Source of the DNA: Auanema rhodensis
Lineage: Eukaryota; Animalia; Nematoda
NCBI GenBank assembly: GCA_964057225.1
Contig: OZ059898.1
Coordinates: 1,302,001-1,366,000 of the forward strand
Direction of reading: 5' to 3'
DNA: 64,000 nucleotides
Below, piece by piece: positions 55,701 to 64,000 of this stretch. The notes below the pieces were generated by a model, which saw only the letters and a program-made list of their open reading frames with translations, searched no databases and was not told the origin of the DNA. A program made the translations under genes and the position numbers. Position 1 is the first letter of the stretch. Every line of letters begins with the position of its first letter.

Positions 55701-57402
55701 TACTTTTTGCTAAATTATTCTGAAATTTTTCGAAAAAATTTTTGTCAAAATGTTTTTGGAAGCAATGTTGAGTGTACATGGAAACTCAACATACACTAAT
55801 GCATCATTTTTCAAACGATCATAACTAATTTTTGTATTAAACGTTTTTAATGTAGTATAGTGCATTCGATGCGGATTTTTAAGCTGCGTCGATCTGTGTT
55901 ATCAGATTTGCGCTAGCTTAAAAATGCACCGAGATATCAACTGGTATAAGTTCACACTTATATCCTCGATTTTCACCCTGAAGAATTAATTTTTTCGTCG
56001 AATAACATTGTCCATCGTCTTTGCCTTGAAAAAAGGAATCTAAAAACATCTACTTTTTGCTAAATTATCTTGAAATTTTTCGAAAAAATTTTTGTCAAAA
56101 TGTTTTTGGAAGCAATGTTGAGTGTACATGGAAACTCAACATACACTAATGCATCATTTTTCAAACGATCATAACTAATTTTTGTATTAAGCGTTTCTCA
56201 ATGTAGTATAGTGCATTCGATGCGGATTTTTAAGCTGCGTCGATCTGTGTTATCAGATTTGCGCTAGCTTAAAAATGCACCGAGATATAAACTGATATAA
56301 GTTCACACTTATATCCTCGATTTTCACCCTGAAGAATTAATTTTTTCGTTGAATAACATTGTCCATCGTCTTTACCTTGAAAAAAGGAATCTAAAAACAT
56401 CTACTTTTTGCTAAATTATTTTGAAATTTTTCGAAAAAATTTTTGTCAAAATGTTTTTGGAAGCAATGTTGAGTGTACATGGAAACTCAACATACACTAA
56501 TGCATCATTTTTCAAACGATCATAACTAATTTTTGTATTAAGCGTTTCTCAATGTAGTATAGTGCATTCGATGCGGATTTTTAAGCTGCGTCGTTCTGTG
56601 TTATCAGATTTGCGCTAGCTTAAAAATGCACCGTGATATCAACTGATATAAGTTCACACTTATATCTTCGATTTTCACCCTGAAGAATTAATTTTTTCGT
56701 TGAATAACATTGTCCATCGTCTTTGCCTTGAAAAAAGGAATCTAAAAACATCTACTTTTTGCTAAATTATTTTGAAATTTTTTGAAAAAATTTTTGTCAA
56801 AATGTTTTTGGAAGCAATGTTGAGTGTACATGGAAACTCAACATACACTAATGCATCATTTTTCAAACGATCATAACTAATTTTTGTATTAAGCGTTTCT
56901 CAATGTAGTATAGTGCATTCGATGCGGATTTTCAAGCTGCGTCGTTCTGTGTTATCAGATTTGCGCTAGCTTAAAAATGCACCGAGATATCAACTGATAT
57001 AAGTTCACACTTATATCCTCGATTTTCACCCTGAAGAATTAATTTTTTCGTTGAATAACAATGTCTATCGTCTTTGCCTTAAAAAAAGGAATCTAAAAAC
57101 ATCTACTTTTTGCTAAATTATTTTGAAATTTTTCGAAAAAATTTTTGTCAAAATGTTTTTGGAAGCAATGTTGAGTGTACATGGAAACTCAACATACACT
57201 AATGCATCATTTTTCAAACGATCATAACTAATTTTTGTATTAAGCGTTTTTCAATGTAGTATAGTGCATTCGATGCGGATTTTTAAGCTGCGTCGATCTG
57301 TGTTATCAGATTTGCGCTAGCTTAAAAATGCACCGAGATATCAACTGATATAAGTTCACACTTATATCCTCGATTTTCACCCTGAAGAATTAATTTTTTC
57401 GT
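46769..57402 (+). repeat. 15-monomer (5264-bp) tandem duplication / nascent higher-order repeat
   Basis: Rare variants recur at a lag of exactly 5264 = 15x351-1: 46934/52198, 47626/52890, 48968/54232, the 1-bp deletion monomer 50571/55835, 51370/56634, 51669/56933. Lag identity breaks at 46768/52032 and 52139/57403. Confidence 0.93.
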
Positions 57403-60400
57403 TGAATAACATTGTCCATCGTCTTTGCCTTGAGAAAAGGAATCTAAAAACATCTACTTTTTGCTAAATTATTTTGAAATTTTTCGAAAAAATTTTTGTC
57501 AAAATGTTTTTGGAAGCAATGTTGAGTGTACATGGAAACTCAACATACACTAATGCATCATTTTTCAAACAATCATAACTAATTTTTGTATTAAGCGTTT
57601 CTCAATGTAGTATAGTGCATTCGATGCGGATTTTTAAGCTGCGTCGATCTGTGTTATCAGATTTGCGCTAGCTTAAAAATGCACCGAGATATCAACTGAT
57701 ATAAGTTCACACTTATATCCTCGATTTTCACCCTGAAGAATTAATTTTTTCGTTGAATAACATTGTCCATCGTCTTTGCCTTGAAAAAAGGAATCTAAAA
57801 ACATCTACTTTTTGCTAAATTATTTTGAAATTTTTCGAAAAAATTTTTGTCAAAATGTTTTTGGAAGCAATGTTGAGTGTACATGGAAACTCAACATACA
57901 CTAATGCATCATTTTTCAAACGATCATAACTAATTTTTATATTAAACGTTTTTCAATGTAGTATAGTGCATTCGATGCGGATTTTTAAGCTGCGTCGATC
58001 TGTGTTATCAGATTTGCGCTAGCTTAAAAATGCACCGAGATATCAACTGGTATAAGTTCACACTTATATCCTCGATTTTCACCCTGAAGAATTAATTTTT
58101 TCGTCGAATAACATTGTCCATCGTCTTTGCCTTGAAAAAAGGAATCTAAAAACATCTACTTTTTGCTAAATTATCTTGAAATTTTTCGAAAAAATTTTTG
58201 TCAAAATGTTTTTGGAAGCAATGTTGAGTGTACATGGAAACTCAACATACACTAATGCATCATTTTTCAAACGATCATAACTAATTTTTGTATTAAGCGT
58301 TTCTCAATGTAGTATAGTGCATTCGATGCGGATTTTTAAGCTGCGTCGATCTGTGTTATCAGATTTGCGCTAGCTTAAAAATGCACCGAGATATCAACTG
58401 ATATAAGTTCACACTTATATCCTCGATTTTCACCCTGAAGAATTAATTTTTTCGTCGAATAACATTGTCCATCGTCTTTGCCTTGAAAAAAGGAATCTAA
58501 AAACATCTACTTTTTGCTAAATTATCTTGAAATTTTTCGAAAAAATTTTTGTCAAAATGTTTTTGGAAGCAATGTTGAGTGTACATGGAAACTCAACATA
58601 CACTAATGCATCATTTTTCAAACGATCATAACTAATTTTTGTATTAAGCGTTTCTCAATGTAGTATAGTGCATTCGATGCGGATTTTTAAGCTGCGTCGA
58701 TCTGTGTTATCAGATTTGCGCTAGCTTAAAAATGCACCGAGATATCAACTGATATAAGTTCACACTTATATCCTCGATTTTCACCCTGAAGAATTAATTT
58801 TTTCGTTGAATAACATTGTCCATCGTCTTTGCCTTGAAAAAAGGAATCTAAAAACGTCTACTTTTTGCTAAATTATTTTGAAATTTTTCGAAAAAATTTT
58901 TGTCAAAATGTTTTTGGAAGCAATATTGAGTGTACATGGAAACTCAACATACACTAATGCATCATTTTTCAAACGATCATAACTAATTTTTGTATTAAGC
59001 GTTTCTCAATGTAGTATAGTGCATTCGATGCGGATTTTTAAGCTGCATCGATCTGTGTTATCAGATTTGCGCTAGCTTAAAAATGCACCGAGATATCAAC
59101 TGATATAAGTTCACACTTATATCCTCGATTTTCACCCTGAAGAATTAATTTTTTCGTTGAATAACATTGTCCATCGTCTTTGCCTTGAAAAAAGGAATCT
59201 AAAAACATCTACTTTTTGCTAAATTATTTTGAAATTTTTCGAAAAAATTTTTGTCAAAATGTTTTTGGAAGCAATGTTGAGTGTACATGGAAACTCAACA
59301 TACACTAATGCATCATTTTTCAAACGATCATAACTAATTTTTGTATTAAACGTTTTTCAATGTAGTATAGTGCATTCGATGCGGATTTTTAAGCTGCGTC
59401 GATCTGTGTTATCAGATTTGCGCTAGCTTAAAAATGCACCGAGATATCAACTGGTATAAGTTCACACTTATATCCTCGATTTTCACCCTGAAAAATTAAT
59501 TTTTTCGTCGAATAACATTGTCCATCGTCTTTGCCTTGAAAAAAGGAATCTAAAAACATCTACTTTTTGCTAAATTATCTTGAAATTTTTCGAAAAAATT
59601 TTTGTCAAAATGTTTTTGGAAGCAATGTTGAGTGTACATGGAAACTCAACATACACTAATGCATCATTTTTCAAACGATCATAACTAATTTTTGTATTAA
59701 GCGTTTCTCAATGTAATATAGTGCATTCGATGCGGATTTTTAAGCTGCGTCGATCTGTGTTATCAGATTTGCGCTAGCTTGAAAATGCACCGAGATATAA
59801 ACTGATATAAGTTCACACTTATATCCTCGATTTTCACCCTGAAGAATTAATTTTTTCGTTGAATAACATTGTCCATCGTTTTTGCCTTGAAAAAAGGAAT
59901 CTAAAAACATCTACTTTTTGCTGAATTATTTTGAAATTTTTCGAAAAAATTTTTGTCAAAATGTTTTTGGAAGCAATGTTGAGTGTACATGGAAACTCAA
60001 CATACACTAATGCATCATTTTTCAAACGATCATAACTAATTTTTGTATTAAGCGTTTCTCAATGTAGTATAGTGCATTCGATGCGGATTTTTAAGCTGCA
60101 TCGATCTGTGTTATCAGATTTGCGCTAGCTTAAAAATGCACCGAGATATAAACTGATATAAGTTCACACTTATATCCTCGATTTTCACCCTGAAGAATTA
60201 ATTTTTTCGTTGAATAACATTGTCCATCGTCTTTGCCTTGAAAAAAGGAATCTAAAAACATCTACTTTTTGCTAAATTATTTTGAAATTTTTCGAAAAAA
60301 TTTTTGTCAAAATGTTTTTGGAAGCAATGTTGAGTGTACATGGAAACTCAACATACACTAATGCATCATTTTTCAAACGATCATAACTAATTTTTGTATT

Positions 60401-62572
60401 AAGCGTTTCTCAATGTAGTATAGTGCATTCGATGCGGATTTTTAAGCTGCATCGATCTGTGTTATCAGATTTGCGCTAGCTTAAAAATGCACCGAGATAT
60501 AAACTGATATAAGTTCACACTTATATCCTCGATTTTCACCCTGAAGAATTAATTTTTTCGTTGAATAACATTGTCCATCGTCTTTGCCTTGAAAAAAGGA
60601 ATCTAAAAACATCTACTTTTTGCTAAATTATTTTGAAATTTTTCGAAAAAATTTTTGTCAAAATGTTTTTGGAAGCAATGTTGAGTGTACATGGAAGCTC
60701 AACATACACTAATGCATCATTTTTCAAACGATCATAACTAATTTTTGTATTAAGCGTTTCTCAATGTAGTATAGTGCATTCGATGCGGATTTTTAAGCTG
60801 CGTCGATCTGTGTTATCAGATTTCCGCTAGCTTAAAAATGCACCGAGATATAAACTGATATAAGTTCACACTTATATCCTCGATTTTCACCCTGAAGAAT
60901 TAATTTTTTCGTTGAATAACATTGTCCATCGTCTTTGCCTTGAAAGAAGGAATCTAAAAACATCTACTTTCTGCTAAATTATTTTGAAATTTTTCGAAAA
61001 AATTTTTGTCAAAATGTTTTTGGAAGCAATGTTGAGTGTACATGGAAACTCAACATACACTAATGCATCATTTTTCAAACGATCATAACTAATTTTTGTA
61101 TTAAGCGTTTCTCAATGTAGTATAGTGCATTCGATGCGGATTTTTAAGCTGCGTCGATCTGTGTTATCAGATTTGCGCTAGCTTAAAAATGCACCGAGAT
61201 ATAAATTGATATAAGTTCACACTTATATCCTCGATTTTCACCCTGAAGAATTAATTTTTTCGTTGAATAACATTGTCCATCGTCTTTGCCTTGAAAAAAG
61301 GAATCTAAAACATCTACTTTTTGCTAAATTATTTTGAAATTTTTCGAAAAAATTTTTGTCAAAATGTTTTTGGAAGCAATGTTGAGTGTACATGGAAACT
61401 CAACATACACTAATGCATCATTTTTCAAACGATCATAACTAATTTTTGTATTAAGCGTTTCTCAATGTAGTATAGTGCATTCGATGCGGATTTTTAAGCT
61501 GCGTCGTTCTGTGTTATCAGATTTGCGCTAGCTTAAAAATGCACCGAGATATCAACTGATATAAGTTCACACTTATATCCTCGATTTTCACCCTGAAGAA
61601 TTAATTTTTTCGTTGAATAACATTGTCCATCGTCTTTGCCTTGAAAAAAGGAATCTAAAAACATCTACTTTTTGCTAAATTATTTTGAAATTTTTCGAAA
61701 AAATTTTTGTCAAAATGTTTTTGGAAGCAATGTTGAGTGTACATGGAAACTCAACATACACTAATGCATCATTTTTCAAACGATCATAACTAATTTTTGT
61801 ATTAAGCGTTTCTCAATGTAGTATAGTGCATTCGATGCGGATTTTTAAGCTGCGTCGATCTGTGTTATCAGATTTGCGCTAGCTTAAAAATGCACCGAGA
61901 TATAAACTGATATAAGTTCACACTTATATCCTCGATTTTCACCCTGAAGAATTAATTTTTTCGTTGAATAACATTGTCCATCGTCTTTGCCTTGAAAAAA
62001 GGAATCTAAAAACATCTACTTTTTGCTAAATTATTTTGAAATTTTTCGAAAAAATTTTTGTCAAAATGTTTTTGGAAGCAATGTTGAGTGTACATAGAAA
62101 CTCAACATACACTAATGCATCATTTTTCAAACGATCATAACTAATTTTTGTATTAAGCGTTTCTCAATGTAGTATAGTGCATTCGATGCGGATTTTTAAG
62201 CTGCGTCGTTCTGTGTTATCAGATTTGCGCTAGCTTAAAAATGCACCGAGATATCAACTGATATAAGTTCACACTTATATCCTCGATTTTCACCCTGAAG
62301 AATTAATTTTTTCGTTGAATAACATTGTCCATCGTCTTTGCCTTGAAAAAAGGAATCTAAAAACATCTACTTTTTGCTAAATTATTTTGAAATTTTTCGA
62401 AAAAATTTTTGTCAAAATGTTTTTGGAAGCAATGTTGAGTGTACATGGAAACTCAACATACACTAATGCATCATTTTTCAAACGATCATAACTAATTTTT
62501 GTATTAAGCGTTTCTCAATGTAGTATAGTGCATTCGATGCGGATTTTTAAGCTGCGTCGATCTGTGTTATCA

Positions 62573-62766
62573 GATTTGCGCTAGCTTAAAAATGCACCGA
62601 GATATAAACTGATATAAGTTCACACTTATATCCTCGATTTTCACCCTGAAGAATTAATGACAATGTTATTCGACGAAAAAATTAATTCTTCAGGGTGAAA
62701 ATCGAGGATATAAGTGTGAACTTACATCAGTTGATATCTCGGTGCATTTTTAAGCTAGCGCAAATC
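62573..62766. other. Inversion junction forming a fold-back palindrome: 86-bp inner arms, 22-nt spacer
   Basis: The left arm ends ...CACCCTGAAGAATTAAT (62658). The spacer is 62659-62680. The right arm ATTAATTCTTCAGGGTG... runs 62681-62766 with 2 mismatches (62725, 62733). Pairing continues outward past the 72-bp deletion. Confidence 0.95.
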
Positions 62767-62772
62767 AAAAAT
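62761..62772 (-). other. Junction of a 72-bp internal deletion (279-bp monomer)
   Basis: GCGCAAATC|AAAAATTAG. The intact copy has 72 extra bp (63046-63117). The local period 62681->62960 is 279 = 351-72. Confidence 0.95.
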
Positions 62773-63534
62773 TAGTTATGATCGTTTGAAAAATGATGCA
62801 TTAGTGTATGTTGAGTTTCCATGTACACTCAACATTGCTTCCAAAAACATTTTGACAAAAATTTTTTCGAAAAATTTCAAAATAATTTAGCAAAAAGTAG
62901 ATGTTTTAAGATTCCTTTTTTCAAGGCAAAGACGATGGACAATGTTATTCAACGAAAAAATTAATTCTTCAGGGTGAAAATCGAAGATATAAGTGTGAAC
63001 TTATATCAGTTGATATCTCGGTGCATTTTTAAGCTAGCGCAAATCTGATAACACAGAACGACGCAGCTTAAAAATCCGCATCGAATGCACTATACTACAT
63101 TGAGAAACGCTTAATACAAAAATTAGTTATGATCGTTTGAAAAATGATGCATTAGTGTATGTTGAGTTTCCATGTACACTCAACATTGCTTCCAAAAACA
63201 TTTTGACAAAAATTTTTTCGAAAAATTTCAAAATAATTTAGCAAAAAGTAGATGTTTTTAGATTCCTTTTTTCAAGGCAAAGACGATGGACAATGTTATT
63301 CAACGAAAAAATTAATTCTTCAGGGTGAAAATCGAGGATATAAGTGTGAACTTATATCAGTTTATATCTCGGTGCATTTTTAAGCTAGCGCAAATCTGAT
63401 AACACAGATCGACGCAGCTTAAAAATCCGCATCGAATGCACTATACTACATTGAGAAACGCTTAATACAAAAATTAGTTATGATCGTTTGAAAAATGATG
63501 CATTAGTGTATGTTGAGTTTCCATGTACACTCAA

Positions 63535-63546
63535 CATTGCGAAAAA
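63535..63546 (-). other. Junction of a 115-bp internal deletion (236-bp monomer)
   Basis: CAACATTGC|GAAAAAATT. The intact copy has 115 extra bp (63190-63304). The local period 63305->63541 is 236 = 351-115. Confidence 0.95.
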
Positions 63547-64000
63547 ATTAATTCTTCAGGGTGAAAATCGAGGATATAAGTGTGAACTTATATCAGTTGA
63601 TATCTCGGTGCATTTTTAAGCTAGCGCAAATCTGATAACACAGAACGACGCAGCTTAAAAATCCGCATCGAATGCACTATACTACATTGAGAAACGCTTA
63701 ATACAAAAATTAGTTATGATCGTTTGAAAAATGATGCATTAGTGTATGTTGAGTTTCCATGTACACTCAACATTGCTTCCAAAAACATTTTGACAAAAAT
63801 TTTTTCGAAAAATTTCAAAATAATTTAGCAAAAAGTAGATGTTTTTAGATTCCTTTTTTCAAGGCAAAGACGATGGACAATGTTATTCAACGAAAAAATT
63901 AATTCTTCAGAGTGAAAATCGAAGATATAAGTGTGAACTTATATCAGTTGATATCTCGGTGCATTTTTAAGCTAGCGCAAATCTGATAACACAGAACGAC

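Larger units (their letters stand above)
1..62658 (+). repeat. Tandem satellite DNA array, 351-bp monomer, about 178.5 copies, forward orientation (open at the left window edge)
   Basis: TTCAAACGATCATAAC starts at 1, 352, 7021 (=1+20x351), 14041 and 21061. Phase shifts only at a +1 indel (~23650) and -1 indels (~50584, ~55848, ~61310). The last monomer starts at 62477 and is truncated at 62658. Monomers differ by roughly 0-6 SNPs. Confidence 0.99.
62659..64000 (-). repeat. Same 351-bp satellite in inverted orientation, about 4 monomers, two with internal deletions (open at the right window edge)
   Basis: From 62659 the sequence reads GACAATGTTATTCGACGAAAAAATTAATTCTTCAGGGTG..., the reverse complement of monomer position 204 downward. 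The intact 351-bp period is seen between 62960 and 63311. Confidence 0.99.

Noticed and set aside
59834-60025. 63-aa minus-strand ORF from the ORF track
   Set aside because: It starts at TTG and exists only because a singleton SNP at 59923 turns the TAG found in other monomers into CAG. Elsewhere the frame stops after 34 codons. There is no recognisable domain, so it is a chance ORF in satellite DNA.
1-62658. CRISPR array
   Set aside because: There are no unique spacers. The entire 351 bp is repeated and there are no cas genes.
62641-62700. Transposon insertion or terminal inverted repeat at the junction
   Set aside because: Every base on both sides is satellite-derived. There is no foreign sequence and no target-site duplication.

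Overview
The whole window is one AT-rich tandem satellite (about 31% GC by hand count) with a 351-bp monomer. I found no credible gene, RNA gene, CRISPR array or transposon. Positions 1-62658 hold 178 full monomers plus a 182-bp partial one in + orientation, about 98-100% identical, with only four 1-bp indels seen. At 62658/62659 the array flips into a fold-back-shaped inversion with a 22-nt spacer. The inverted part (62659-64000) contains the only two large deletions in the window (72 bp and 115 bp). Diagnostic SNPs reveal hidden structure: two subfamily domains with a boundary near 37 kb, a recurring ordered cassette of monomer variants, and recent multi-monomer tandem duplications (3-, 6-, 8-, 12- and 15-mers), i.e. 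nascent higher-order repeats. The monomer is rich in dyad symmetry and has one nearly invariant block. This pattern is typical of eukaryotic centromeric or pericentromeric satellite DNA, but the species, family and function cannot be determined from the sequence alone. All counts are by eye and should be confirmed computationally.
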